This document shows, piece after piece, positions 12,690 through 27,614 of a stretch of DNA of 64,000 nucleotides. Source of the stretch: Eledone cirrhosa (taxonomy: Eukaryota); contig OZ024743.1 of the NCBI GenBank assembly GCA_964016885.1, positions 119,660,001-119,724,000 of the forward strand, written 5' to 3'. The translations under genes were made by a program, and so were the position numbers. Every line of letters starts with the position of its first letter. Within the stretch, counting starts at the first letter, position 1. Below the pieces are notes generated by a model that was not told the origin of the DNA, searched no databases, and worked only from the letters and a program-made list of their open reading frames with translations.

Positions 12690-12890
12690 ATCATTATCAT
12701 CATCATCATTGTTTAACGTCCATCTTCCACGCTAGCATGGGTTAGACGGTTTCGTTCCATTTGATGCGGGAATGGTCGGGAGACCGTGTCTCGCTCGTAC
12801 GGAAGTGTCTCTGGCAGGTTTTTTTACAGCTGGATGCCCTTCCTAACACCAACCACATTTACAGTGTGGACTGGGAGCCTTTTTACCGTG
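12690..12890 (-). mobile_element. RTE-related SINE-like fragment
   Basis: Reverse complement has gttaggaagggcatccagctgtaaaa (RTE 5'-UTR-like) and ends ccatgctagcgtggaagatggacgttaaac with a (TGA)n tail. Confidence 0.6.
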
Positions 12891-13125
12891 TCTCCTACAC
12901 GACCACCTTACAGCGTGGACTGTTGTGTCATTGACACAGTGGATGGAACGGGAAAGGGAGGTTGGTGGCGTGTATATTGGGCTAAGAGGTGACTACTGAC
13001 TGTAGGTTTGTATGCAATGGCATTCTTCTGTACAAATGCATGGCGCCAAAGATCTCGATCCAGTGTCATTGTCTTAGAGAGGTCTCATATTGTCTGCCTC
13101 TCTGTTTTGTTCCCGTATAAATTTG

Positions 13126-13213
<88 letters not shown>

Positions 13214-13931
13214 TTTGTGAGATCTCCTTTCGTCATGGTAGCGGAGCAAGGTATACATGAGCACAAAATGTAAAATTTTCGAAGCAGAGCTACACGAATT
13301 TAGTGAAAGTTTTAGTTCGAAATAATTTTATTTTGATGTTTATGATTCCAGAAAAACGATTTTAGGCCGATTTTTATTCGTCAATATCCATACTGAACCC
13401 TAGTACATTATATGAACAATATAATAATTATGTTCGAATATTATTTTTTTCATTTCTTTTCCCGAATGTTTTAAATTGTTCTGAAATATAATTTGATTCG
13501 TCAGTAGATTTAGGGAACAAATATTGATAACAATTAGTGCAATTTTCAACATGTGTGTTGATACAATTCTTTGTATATGAATATTTGATTGGCACAACGG
13601 ATAATCACGGGAAATATTCCCTTAAATAGTTCATATTGACAGAGGACTTTTCGATGTTAAATGACGCAGACGATGATAACATCCCGTGTAAATTTAAACA
13701 GTTTTCTATATACAATAATTGTATATTTAACACAGAATTGGACTTTATAGAATATCAATACCTTTATGGGCATATTATCTATGTTAATATTTGACAAATA
13801 TAACAAGTAGATTTATTGAAGTGAGATATTATAGGTATGGAAAACAACCCGAGTAATTTTGAATATGTGTGTATAAACATGACTGTATATAAACATTCAA
13901 CAGTGTTTTCTCTCTTGGTTATACATATGTG

Positions 13932-14175
<244 letters not shown>

Positions 14176-15871
14176 AGTGTATGTACGTGTGTATGTTGCT
14201 GTTTATGTTGTGTCTCTTAACAGTTCAACAAGGAAAGATCGATAAACTATGTACCAAAATGAAATAAGTATCCGAGTCGATATGTTTGACTGCTTTAGTG
14301 AGTCGATATAGTGGGAATGAATGGTTGGTTAAGCCAAACATTGAACGCCTCTTTCTTAGCTTCAACTTACTTGATTTCGAAAGAAAGAAAAAGGAGTAAG
14401 AGAATGATATGGAAGGTAGAGAGGGAAATATAATCGTAGTCTAATAACTGTAATTAGTAACACAAAAATAATAATAAATAAAATCCGTGGAAGGTCTCCA
14501 TATCAGTACAAATAGGGCCAGAAACCCTTTAAATTTCTCTTTGCACAGTAACATTATTTGACTCCTTATACCTTTATTGACGAGGGATTGGTCAGTATGT
14601 GTCAAAAATTGTTTGTTGAATAACAGACTATTACTGGTGGTATTGCTTATAATAACATTGAATAGTGAAATTAATTTTTCTTTTTATTTTTGTTACATCC
14701 AATGTTATTATATTACAAGTTTCAGTACGAACCCGAACATATCACAGCTATTGGTATCCCTACCATTGTCGCCAATGCAACAAACATTGCCCATTAACGC
14801 TATGATCACAATCACAACCAGAAATACAACCACAACCACAACCATTTCAAGGCTACAGATGTTTCAACACAATAACACTTGTTTCCCTATATTACATATG
14901 ACGCAACATTGAGTATAAAGTCATATATATTATCGATAGATAAGGAAATAATTTAGCAATTGTTAGCTGGCTGCTTTCAGAAATTCAAGCCTCGAAGATT
15001 CCTGAAATGGTTGGTGAGTATCCTGCTGGCTGCGCTTCCCCATCTACCCCCATTGACTGAAGAATTTCCTTACAGTTTTGTTTATTTTATCTATCACAAC
15101 ATCACTGCTCTTGTTGATATTTGTACAACTATACAACTATACCACAACTGACTATTCACTTGTTAGTTGTACTTTACACTACACACACACATATATATAT
15201 GTGTGTGCGTAAGTGAGTGGGTGTATGTATGTATGTATGTATGTATATATGTATGTATTATGAATCTGTCTGTGTTTTTTTTTTTGTGTACGTAATTTGT
15301 TATTTCGGTAATTTATTTATTTAATTATGTATTTATTTTAGTGCCACTTCCTATTTACAGATCTTATCTCCTTAGCCAAACACAGACTTTGCATTCTTTT
15401 ATTATTTCATATATTTTACTTCAGGTGTTCATCTGACTTAACTATAGTCTCTTAATCTCTATTAGAGTGTTTTTTACTGCGGAACTGACTATATAAGTTA
15501 ACTGAATACGATGCTTACCAAAAATAAAAGAAAATTCAAGCTCTCCAATTAATCGAAATAGCTACTACTTGAACTAACCTGTTGAGTATCTTGCAGACAA
15601 ATAAGCCCTAACTTAATCCACAAGCACAATCAACATGACACCGTGTGTTATAAAACAGAATCTTTGAATTACAGCTATAGTACATCTGAGATTTAAATCA
15701 GTTTCCGTCCCCGTAATTTCATTCACAAGGATTGGTTTGTTCCGACGCTATGGCACAAGACCCTTGCACACGACGTCATGAAGTGGGATCAAACCTCAGA
15801 CCTCGTGTTTGTGAGGTGAGCTTTTAGCTAATTCGATACGATCTGTGAACAGGATGTGAAGATAATCAAAT

Positions 15872-15872
15872 A

Positions 15873-15932
<60 letters not shown>
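15872..15932. repeat. (AAAG)n microsatellite
   Basis: Direct reading. Confidence 0.95.
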
Positions 15933-16116
15933 ACGAAAGTTGGTTCAATGTCGGTCAATAAGAGTCCTGTCAGCATACACTGATATAGTACGGGTTGATA
16001 GGAACCAACCAAGCCAAGATATGCGAGACAGATGCTACTTATTGATGGGCTATTTCCACAGGAGATATGCATGACAGTAACTGTGGAAAGCAGAGCTAAT
16101 GTGCCGTTTTCAACAA

Positions 16117-16250
16117 ATAATTGTTTCTATTTTAGGCACAAGGCCAGCAATTACTCCAGTACATTACTGGTACTTTATTTTATCGACCCCGTAAGGATGA
16201 AAGGCAAAGTTAACCTCGGTGGGATTTGAACTCAGATCATAAAGGGACAT
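16117..16250 (-). mobile_element. SINE family A, 5'-truncated
   Basis: Tail, core and B-box match family A. Confidence 0.85.
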
Positions 16251-16605
16251 AAATAATTTGAGGGAGAAAGCAAAGGAACTAGGAATAATAAAGTAGATGA
16301 CTGTAGATCTGTCTTAACAAAGGCCGTTCTGGTTGTCATTCTGGTTGGTCAGAGATGGAAAGTATTTAAGAAGGTTTTTGTTAATCTTTCTCGCTATCAC
16401 TTTTAAGATATTGGACGTGTTTACTATAGGATGATATTTGACAGGGTCAAGGAGGTTTTTCTTCTTGGGAATAGGACACACTGATGTATGTCACCAAAAA
16501 TCGAGATATATCCTTGTAGAGAAAGATTGAAGCGCAAACACTAACTTTCAGAGTGATGTTTAGTCCTATAATGCTCGCCAGAATATATGAATAAGTGCAA
16601 TGTCA

Positions 16606-16787
16606 TAATTGTTTCTATTTTAGGCACAAGGCCAGCACATACCCAGTGCATTACTGGTATTTTATTTTATCGACCCCGTAGAGATGAAAGGCAAAGTTAA
16701 CCTCGGCAGGATTTGAACTCAGATCATAAAGGGACGTAACTCTATGCTTCAAAGCATGGTGTCCGACTCTCTACCGATACTGCCAAA
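16606..16787 (-). mobile_element. SINE family A
   Basis: Near full-length match to family A. Confidence 0.9.
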
Positions 16788-16914
16788 TGAAAGTCAAATC
16801 TGTCTTGTTCCAGCTTGTATAAAGTGGAGATTTGGTCCGTAGTGTGCTCTCATTGTATACTTCACACAGAGTATTATACATATACATATACATACATGCA
16901 CACTCTCTCTCTCT

Positions 16915-16959
<45 letters not shown>

Positions 16960-17004
16960 ATACAGACACACACACACATATATATATTTATATATATATA
17001 CCTT

Positions 17005-17066
<62 letters not shown>

Positions 17067-17412
17067 AATAAGGCCTTCAAAATGTTTTTAAATAAACATA
17101 CAGTATATTAATAAATATACAATACGTACATTCATATATACATCGCTATTTCAGAGCACCAATACAATTGATGCTGGGCCGGCTACTGCTTTGTATGCAA
17201 ATGAGATTCAACAACTCGTAAACATAACTCGAATTCTATAAGAATCCAGCTTCTATAATTTTCGTCAAAGGTGAAGAGATGCGTAGTCTTCATAACCGCT
17301 TACAAGTTAGAAACGATCACCGTCGAGTACTCCCCTTTGCTTTTGCCGAAGCTAGGTATGTGGCGTTAGTCCTTACCTTAAAATTCATATATATATATGT
17401 GTGTGTGTATGT

Positions 17413-17516
<104 letters not shown>

Positions 17517-18102
17517 ACGTGTGTGTGTGTGTGTGTATTATAAATATATATGTTATAAGGATATATATGAAAAGATTAAGTATGTACGCTCCTATTGTGC
17601 ATAGAACTATCTTGGTTCTTCTACAATTAATTAACAGCCAGCCAATTTCGCACTATATGAGAAATGAGAATTTCCAGCTGATGTTTTCTATTTGTGATTT
17701 GCACAGGGGCATCTCCAGCAAATGTTCAATATGCAAAATCTATATAGATTCAAGCGTATTTTCACCTCAGTACCGTTTGAGTGAATGTGATAGAGGAGAA
17801 ATTAACGAATTTTGAAGCATCTGTCTGGCATTTTCAGCTGCTACTGAGATATATGTAACGTTGACAGAACAAAAGAGGGAAATTTTTTTTTACATAGCAA
17901 AAAAATACTTTTCTTTGATATCGAGACTCTATTCTACATAAACATATTGTATATGCTTTCATGTAGACTCCTATTATGGACAATAATAACTTAATGCTAC
18001 TGCCAATACCCCCCCACACACACACACATACATACATACATACACATACATACATACATACATACATACATACATACATACATACATACATACATACATA
18101 CA

Positions 18103-18138
<36 letters not shown>

Positions 18139-18140
18139 TC

Positions 18141-18218
<78 letters not shown>

Positions 18219-18220
<2 letters not shown>

Positions 18221-19445
18221 AGATATATGTGACAGCACAGCGAACCTCTTCAGCAGAATCAATGAATGCAACAGGATCAAAAACTTAACTAACTGCACAA
18301 TAGGCAGTATGGATGTAGTATCACTGTACCGATCCATTAACATTGATTTTGCTGTGGAAAAATGTGTGGAAATAATCATTGAGAGTTCTGCGACGTCGAC
18401 ACAGATGAACTGGGCCTCTTACTTAGACTTACTTATGACACCGAGTACCTAGATAACCATGACCTTAGCTGTTTCTGCTCCAGTAGACCCATAAAAGGTA
18501 GAACCCCCACCATAACCTTAATGGCTAAAAAGACGATCAGGTGAAAAAAATGGTCGCACATGCAATAGGGGCTAGTATTAAAACTTCCCTAAAGGGCCAC
18601 ATGTTTAAATTTAACGAAAATATCTACACTCAGAATGAAGCTGCAGCCATAGCTGGTGATGTTGCCAACCTTTTTATGGTATGGTGGGAAAGGAGACTCA
18701 AAGATCTCCCTGAAGAGAGCTCCATAGACCTCATCATGTACTTTCGTTACGTAGACGATATTAATATAGTAATAAGAACATCCCTACAAGAGAGTAATAA
18801 TGAACATGATTTAGAAGATAATGCAGGGGAAAGCATCCAGCAGATAGCAAACTCCATACACCAAAGTATAACTGTAACTGTTGACTACTCTTCCAAACAC
18901 CCTAACAATAGACTACCAGTATTAGACACGGAACTCTGGATTAACACTATAGACGAGAGGGCCCAAATTCTCCACTCACACTATGCTAAACCAATGGCCT
19001 CCAAATACCTGATACTCAAAAACTCAGCAATGTCCAATAGTGCTAAGTTTAATATTCTGATCGCAGACTTGATACGAGTGATGAAGAATGTATCCCGCAT
19101 GTGTGACCCAACTGAAATGGAAAGAGAAGAATTTGCCCATTATACAGGAGCACATCATGGAATAGCTTAGATAGGACTAAACATAAGATAGGGAAAGCCA
19201 TTTCATGGGACGACAACCAGAGATGCCAGAGTGTCATATTCGTGGATGCTACCCCTGGGGGGAAATTAGCTAACCAATGTAGAAAGGCCCTAAGAAAGAC
19301 CCACTTAAAGATTAAAGTGGTATATAAGCCAGGAACTACCATAAAATCTCTGATCAGCAAAACATACCCCTTTAAGAAAACCCACTGTACTAATTAATAA
19401 GAGATGTGTTATATGTAAAATGAACCCCCAGATAAACTGTAAAAC
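18219..19445 (+). mobile_element. Penelope-like element, degenerate reverse transcriptase fragment
   Basis: RT motifs in broken frames: [20 protein letters not shown]...ANLFM, YFRYVDD, RLPVLDTELW, HYAKPMASKY. A VIFVDATPGGKLA segment and Cys-containing linker follow; the fragment stops before a GIY-YIG domain. (TA)n on both sides. Confidence 0.85.
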
Positions 19446-19535
19446 TATATATATATATAATTGGTGTTGGATGCTTAAGGCGTCCGTATGCGGTAGGCCG
19501 TATGAGCACTCAATGCCCTCGTAGAGCAGAGTATG

Positions 19536-19731
19536 ATATCACAGAAAAAAGAGAATCAGTGTTGCGATGAAAGGAATTTATTGGACATATTACAATTGTT
19601 TCTCGGGTGACCAGCTCGAAGCACGATCGATATGGTGATCAAACCTGACTCTGAAATCACCCGAGAAACAATTGTAATATGTCCAATAAATTCCTTTCTT
19701 CGCAACACTGATTCTCTTTTTTCTGTGATAT
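19536..19731. repeat. 75-bp inverted repeat with 46-bp spacer
   Basis: 19536-19610 is the reverse complement of 19657-19731; contains GAAACAATTGTA. Confidence 0.85.
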
Positions 19732-19944
19732 ATATATATATATTTTTTTTTCCTGAGTTCAGTCCTTTTCGTCGCTATGGTCACTGCGGCCCTTCTATCG
19801 GTCGCTGTCTTCATTTTGCAAAGCTGCCTAAACGTAATGTTATAACTCTAGGGTTATATACCCTATCGAGTGCTTAGCTGCACACCGAAACTGCATTCAT
19901 TAGCTTGGCTGCAACCATGGCTTCGTTGATGCTGTACTAAATTT

Positions 19945-20000
<56 letters not shown>

Positions 20001-21242
20001 TGAGATCCTAAGAAATCTTGTGACACACTAAAAATATCAGCTAAGTATCTCATTCTATTGTAGTCCAAGCTATAATATTCATGAAACAACAAAGATTGGG
20101 TGGTCATTGATCAATATAAAAATAAATACGAATAATTGAAAGAGTCTCTACGAGGTTGCTTGACCTGCTAGAAATAGGAGTCAAATCATCCTTAAATCAC
20201 ACTTTTCCAAAAAAGGAAAGAAAAGAAAAAAATACGAATTACATAATTTAGTGGTAGATTTCCCCAAACCGTCAGGATGGTTACAATTTGAATAACAATT
20301 AATCATACAGCTTTTCTTGGTCGTGGTTGACATGGGACTAAACAACAATATCATCAACAAGAAATACTATGACAGCTACAGCAGCATAAAAAATAAAAGA
20401 CAAAACACTGTGACAGAACGAAATAGAAATCAGTTGATCTCATAACAGTCTCGTGTTGTTCTTAACTATTGTTAAGAGGAGAAGGCAGGTGTCTATCAAC
20501 ATTTCAGCCGCCCTTCTCCACGAACGATTGCCAGACGAACTCGCTGCCACATCTATAAAATAGGAGCCTTTCACTTCGAAGGAGAGACACTATGTAAAGA
20601 CTCGACTTGCTGGAAATAACAGCTAAATCTCACTCAAATTATCCGTTTGATATTGTGGTCCTGAATTACCCACAAAAAAAACAAAAACTTATGAAGCGGG
20701 TTAGTCGACAAATCTGACCCTAATACTTACTTGATACTATTTTTCATCGACTCCGGAAGGACGAAGGGCAAAATTGACCTCGGTGGGATTTGAACAGTGA
20801 ATATTAAGAGCCGTAAATAAATGCCGCGAAGTTCCTTATCCGATTTTCTAATGATTCTGCTAAACCACCATAAACAAACTCAGGGTTACTAATTTAGACA
20901 CAAATCCTGCAAATTTAAGGGAAAATCAGTAAAACTAACCTCATTAATTGACTACTACATTACTTCATTGTCCCTGAAGGGAGAATGACAATGTTGACCT
21001 CTGGGGAATTTGAACTCATAATGTAATAACGCGGTATATTATATCCGGCAGTCTAACAATTTTACCAATCCACTATAACAAAATATAATGAATGTGTAAT
21101 TATAATATATTGACGTATTGAAGGAGTTCGTAGTTGAACATGTTCGTTTTGTTCCCCAAACTATGATTTCTTTTATGTACTGAACACCCTACCATATGTC
21201 TGTTGTTATTTCCTTGACCTCTTCCTACTCTTTCTCACCCAT

Positions 21243-21760
<518 letters not shown>

Positions 21761-22184
21761 TATGCAGAGGGAGGGAGAGAGAGGGGTGGGGGGGGGCCCT
21801 CTTTCTTTTATACGCTTCATATTTATTCTATTCCTATTTATTACCGCCATCATCATCACCAAATGACAACGTTAAATTTTATGAAGACAAATTACCCGAA
21901 CCAACTTATTCATGAGCTACAGCCCCTTTCACAACTTAAGCAGCCTCACTTTTTTCCCATCCTTAATAACAATACACGACTTCACATGTCTTCATCCTAT
22001 TTTACTCCCACAGACCAGCATAGCCTGATGGGAGTCTTACCTATTGTCTGTTGCTGTTGTTGTTGATGATGGTGATGATGACTGTGTCGTTACTTTTGTT
22101 GTTCTCTTCCGTTTCAGTCGCTTTAGGGTTTATCTGCTGAGAAATCATAGACATATAATGTAAATAGTAAAACAGATGACGATG

Positions 22185-22403
22185 TTGATGATGATGGTGG
22201 TGATGATGGTGGTGGTGATGATGGTGGTGGTGATGGTGGTGATTGATGTGGTGATGGTGGTGATGATGATGGTGGTGAATGATGGTGGTGGTGATGGTGG
22301 TGATTGATGTGGTGATGGTGGTGATGATGATGGTGGTGATGGTGATCGTGGTGGTGGTGATGGTGATGATTGTGATGATGATGGCGAGGATGATGATGGT
22401 GTG

Positions 22404-22434
<31 letters not shown>

Positions 22435-22740
22435 GATGGCGATGATGATGGTGATGGTGGTAATGGTGATGATGATGGCGATTATGATGATGATGATGAT
22501 GACGGGGAGGGAGAGGAGTAGGAGGAGTAGGAGGAGGAAGAGAAGAAATAGAAGAAAGAGAAGGAAGAGGAGGAGGAGGAGGAGGAGGAAGAGGAGGAAG
22601 AGGAGGAGGAGAAGGGGGATGGAAAGAAAGAGGAGAAAGAGAGGAAGAAAGGGGGGAATGAGGGGGATAAGAGGAGGGGGAAGATGAGGAGGAGGAGAAA
22701 AGAAGGAGGAGGAGGAGGAGGAGAGGGGGAGGAGGATAAA
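22185..22740. repeat. (GAT/GGT)n followed by (GAG)n purine-rich low-complexity tract
   Basis: Direct reading. Confidence 0.9.
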
Positions 22741-22770
22741 AACAATAATAATTATTATTATTCCGAACAA

Positions 22771-23125
22771 GGGCGGTGGATTGACAATATCGGTAGAGCG
22801 TCAGACACCATGCTTTGCAGCATAGAGTTCTGGCCTTTTACGTTCTGTATTCATATCCCGCTGAGGTTAGCTTTGCCTTTCATCCTTACGGGGTCGATAA
22901 AATAAAGCAACAGTAATACACTGGAGTCGATTTAATCGATTTTACACCTCCCCAAAATGGCTGGCCTATAGTAGAAATCATTATTTCGAACAATTCCATT
23001 CTGAGTTCAAATCCCGCCGAGGTTAACTTTGCTTTTCATCCTTACGGGGTCGATAAAATAAATACCAGTAATGCACTGGGTAATTTGCTGGCCTTGTGCC
23101 AAAAGTAGAAACAATTATTTCGAAC
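22771..23125 (+). mobile_element. SINE family A full copy plus 5'-truncated copy
   Basis: A and B boxes and core present; flank ttattycgaacaa occurs three times (~22757, ~22981, ~23115). Confidence 0.85.
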
Positions 23126-23212
23126 AATGCCAGCAATTTCAAGGGAAGCTGAAGTATGAAGGGCAAAGTCGACCTTAATGGGATTTGAACTCAGAACGTA
23201 GAAAGCAGCAAC

Positions 23213-23297
<85 letters not shown>

Positions 23298-23544
23298 GGA
23301 GCGTGGGGTGGTTGTTGTCTTTTAAATCAATTCCATTATTTCACAGGTTCTTTAATTCAACAACCATTACCGGTGGGTTAAAAGACAAAGCCTTCCACAA
23401 AGAAATTATTTTATCTCTTGTTACAAGTTTTACTTGATGATGATGATGATGACGATGACGACGATGGTGGTGGTGGTGGTGGTGGTGGTGGTGGTAGTGG
23501 TGGTGGTGGTGGTGGTGGTGGTAGTGGTGGTGGTGGTGATAAGT

Positions 23545-23825
23545 CTAAAGTCTAAAATCTGTCTTAAGCCAGAAGGCTCATTTGGCTGGTGCTTATCCTG
23601 GTTTCATGGCGTGAAGTAAGTGAGAGTACAAGACTCCCCCTTGGACAGGATGTCAGTCCATCGCAAGGTTAAACCCCCAGCTATTGCTGGTACTCATTGT
23701 CAGCTGGGTATACTGGAGCAACGTGAAATGAAGTGTTTGCTCAAGAACACAACACGCAACCCAGGAATTGAACCCACGATCTTATGATCGTAAGTCCAAC
23801 ACCCTTACCACTAGGCCACTTGCTT
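23545..23825 (-). mobile_element. SINE family B
   Basis: Reverse complement of 11076-11352. Confidence 0.85.
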
Positions 23826-23982
23826 CTAGGGTGGCGATAAGATGTTGATGATAACAGTGATGGTGATGATGGAAATGAACATTGTGATGATGATGATATG
23901 TGATGATGATGGTAATGATAAAGAGGAGGATAGCGATTGTTTTTGTTTCTTGTTATCACATATTTATGACGATACATTTTAT

Positions 23983-24800
23983 AATAATTGCTTCTACTTT
24001 TGGCACAAGGCCAGCAATTAATCCAGTGTATTACTGGTACTCTATTTTATCGGCCCCGTTAGGATAAAAGCAAAGTTAACCTCGGCGGGATTTGAACTCA
24101 GGCCATAAAGGGGCGTAACCCTATGCTGCAAAGCCCGGCGCCTGACCCACTACTGATACTGCTAATCCACCGCCCTTGCAATATTTTTGTAATAATTGTT
24201 TCTACATTTGGCATAAGGCCAGCAATTACTCAGTACATTATTGGTACTTTATTTTATCGACCCCGTAAGGATAAATGGCAAAGTTAACCTCGGCGGGATT
24301 TGAACTCAGTCCGTAAAAGGACGTAACTCTATGCTGGAAAGCATGGCGTCCGACTCTCTACCGATACTGCCAATCCACCGCCCCAATATTTTGTAATAAT
24401 AACGATAATAATTGTTTTTACTTTTGGCACAAGGCCAGCAATTATCCAGTGCATTACTGGTACTTTATTTTATCGACCCCGTAAGGATGAAAGGCAAAGT
24501 TAACCTTGGCGGGATTTGACCTCAGAACATAAAGGGACGTAACTATGCTGGAAAGCATATTGCCCGACCCTCTACCGATACTGCCAATAATGGTTTCTTA
24601 TATAGGCACAAGGCCAGCAATTTTGGGAGAGGGGAAAGTCGATTAAATCGACCCTAGTGCGTGAGTGATACTTTATTTTATCAATCTCGTAAGGATGAAA
24701 GGCAAACTTAACCTCGGCGGGATTTGAACTTAGAACGTGAAGAGCCGTAACTCTATGCTGCAATGTGCATGGCGTCCGACCCTCTACCGATACTGCCAAT
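23983..24800 (-). mobile_element. four head-to-tail SINE family A copies
   Basis: Units at about 23983-24177, 24192-24383, 24408-24588 and 24588-24800; the last carries a longer-tail subtype. Confidence 0.92.
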
Positions 24801-24997
24801 AATGACATTGACAATTATAGCAATGAGGGAAGAATGATGTGAAGGATGATAATTATGATGAGGATAACATCCATAATGATGCTGAATGATAATGTAGATG
24901 ATGAGGTTGATAAATATAATGATACGTGTCACACTTCTCAGAAACATCATCATTATTATGATTCTGCTGCTGCTGATAATGATAAAGATGATGTTGA

Positions 24998-25690
24998 AGG
25001 TGGTGGTGGTGGTGGTGGTGAGTGTGGTGGTGGTGGTGGTCGTGGTGAGTGTGGTGGTGGTGAGTGTGGTTCTGGTGTTGAGTGTGGTTCTGGTGGTGGT
25101 GGTGGTGGTGATTTGTTGTTGTTGTGGTGGTAGTGGTGGTGGTGGTGAGGGTGGTTGTGGTGGTGAGGGTGGTGGTGGTGGTGGTGGTTGTGGTGGTGAT
25201 GGTGGTGGTGGTGGTAGTGGTGGTGGTGGTGGTGGTAGTGGTGGTAGTGGTGGTGGTGGTGTGGTGGTGAGGGTGGTTGTGGTGGTGAGGGTGGTGGTGG
25301 TGGTGGTTGTGGTGGTGGGTGTGGTGGTGATGGTGGTGGTGGTGGTGGTAGGTGGTGGTGGTGGTAGTGTGGTGGTGTAGGTGGTGATGGTGGTGGTGGG
25401 GTATGGCGGTGGTGGTGGTAGTGGTGATGGTGGTGGTGGTTGTGGTGGTGGTGGTGGTGGTGGTGGTGGTGGCAGGGGTGGGGGTTGTGGTGACGGTGTG
25501 TGTGTGGGGGGGGGGGGGGGGGGGGTGACTATGATGACGGGGATGATGAGTAGCTGGAGGAGGAGCCGGAGGTGGAGGGGAAGTGTGTGGAGGATAATGT
25601 TGAATACGACGATGATAATGATGGCGATGAGAATGGTGATGAGAATGGTGATGACAATGGTGATGACGACGATGATGGTTATGACGATAA
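24998..25690. repeat. (GGT)n/(GAT)n low-complexity tract
   Basis: Direct reading. Confidence 0.92.
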
Positions 25691-26629
25691 CACTGATTTA
25701 AATTCATGACGATTATGTAAGAAAAAGAATAAAGCGTAGGCGGAAGACTATAATGATTTTGATAGCCATAATGAATATGGGAACCTCCCTGCTTTGCCAT
25801 TGGATCTTTAGGAAGACACCTCTTTCCCCCTTCCTTCATCAACAACAACAACATAAGAAAAGCATCACTAAACATTGGTGACGAGAGCCAATATGATAGA
25901 GAGGCGATGCTGCCGAAATGTTAGTAAATGCCATCAATGGAGGCAGGTTGAGTTTAGTCTGATAAATGACGCGGAACCTATTACATAGCATATCACAAGG
26001 CGGAGCGAGGAAATTACAAGGTCCAACGAATTGAGCAAAAGAACTCCAATCCTGTTTGTTCTTCGTTCCTTGTCTTTATTATGTTTGTATATGTGTTTGT
26101 TGTTTTTGTTTTTTGTTTTATGTATGGTGCAGGTTAGATCCATAAGGGTGGGGTTTAATTTTTTTTTTTTTTTTTTTGCTAATCCCATCCTCACCGTCAA
26201 TGTTCAGCAATTATTTTTTGTTTGTATTTGTAAGGTATTATAGATATTGATAGTGCTTTTATTATAGTTATTTTTTGTGTTGTTTTTTTTCTCGTACTGG
26301 GCATGCGTTGTTGTTTTTGATCGCTGTTGTTTCTTCTTGTATTTTTATATTATTTAATTAACAATAACAACAACAACAGCAGCAACAGCAACAACAACAA
26401 CAACAACAACAACAATAATAATAATGATAATAATAATAATGGTGTTGTTGTTGTTGTTGTTGTTGTTATTATTTGTATTTTGTTGTAAAGAGGTCATAAG
26501 ACACCCGTTTTTGCTCTGTGAAAAAGGTGACTCCATAATATTTGGGCTTTGGGCCCAAATAAATGAATCTTATTTTTTTGAAAATAAAATTTTTTATGTC
26601 AAAATTATGGACGTTAAGCCAGCTGTCAC

Positions 26630-27610
26630 GTGACAGCGGCTCAAACGTTGAGTACAGCAACAACAGCAAGAACAGCGACAAAAATGTGAGAACAACAATG
26701 ACACACAACACCAACAACACCAACTACATTTACAACAGCGACAGTACCCCCACAAGCCACAACCACACCAACTACATCTACAACAATGACTGTACAAGCT
26801 ACAACAACACCAACTACATCTACAACAACGACAGTACCCCCACAAGCCACAACCACACCAACTACATCTACAACAACGACAGTACCCCCACAAGCCAACA
26901 ACAACGTGAATAATAACAAGAGTACTTTTGCAGCCACAGTTGCAAAAGTTCCGACATTGTATATACTGGATTTAACAGAAAAGAAAGAACGTTTGGTCCA
27001 GACGGCAAATCTCATCACCAGAGAAAATACCTGTGATGGAAGCGACGGTGAGAAGCATTCGGTGGTCCCCTGCAAGTCGGACCAAACTGTAATGTACCCA
27101 TCCTACATGTGAAATATGTAAGGTTACTCGTTCCAAGAATCCCGACAGGACAAGGCCTATAGTGGTTGCTGGAGGCGTGGCGGCAGAGGATGCTGACATC
27201 CTCCTCGATGTGAAAGAGGGAGAAATGATCTGGAACTGCTTTAGAGAATCTTCTTCAAATCAAATCAGAGGAAATTAAAAGTATCCCGTACCATGGTAAA
27301 CTAACGGGCGGGTACGAGTTACAGATGATTATTGAAGACAAAAGGCCGCGCTGTTTCGTTTGTGGTGAAGCCACAGATCTAAGAGCCTTTTTCCCCTCAG
27401 ATGAGAAAAGTAGGGGGCTGCAAACCTCCATTGCTGTCAACACCGGTGCCGGGACAAACCACCACACAACCTACAGCGCCAGCATCATCAGCAGGAACAG
27501 AAGACGCAACAGAACCGCTAGCAGCAGCTGCATCAGAACAAACAACCAACAAGATAGGATCAACCGAAGGGAAAGATGAGGAAAGCCTTCCCCTCTCCCC
27601 CTCCAACATC
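26630..27610 (+). pseudogene. degenerate gag/ORF1-like remnant, probably of a non-LTR retrotransposon
   Basis: Thr-rich 42-48 bp repeats (TTTPTTSTTTTVPPQA), STFAATVAK, and a decayed zinc knuckle IIEDKRPRCFVCGEATDLRAFFP; several frameshifts and stops. Confidence 0.4.
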
Positions 27611-27614
27611 CCCC

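Noticed and set aside
24853-25875. 340-aa His/Thr-rich ORF
   Set aside because: It is the translation of (ACC)n/(ATC)n, with no domain or splice evidence.
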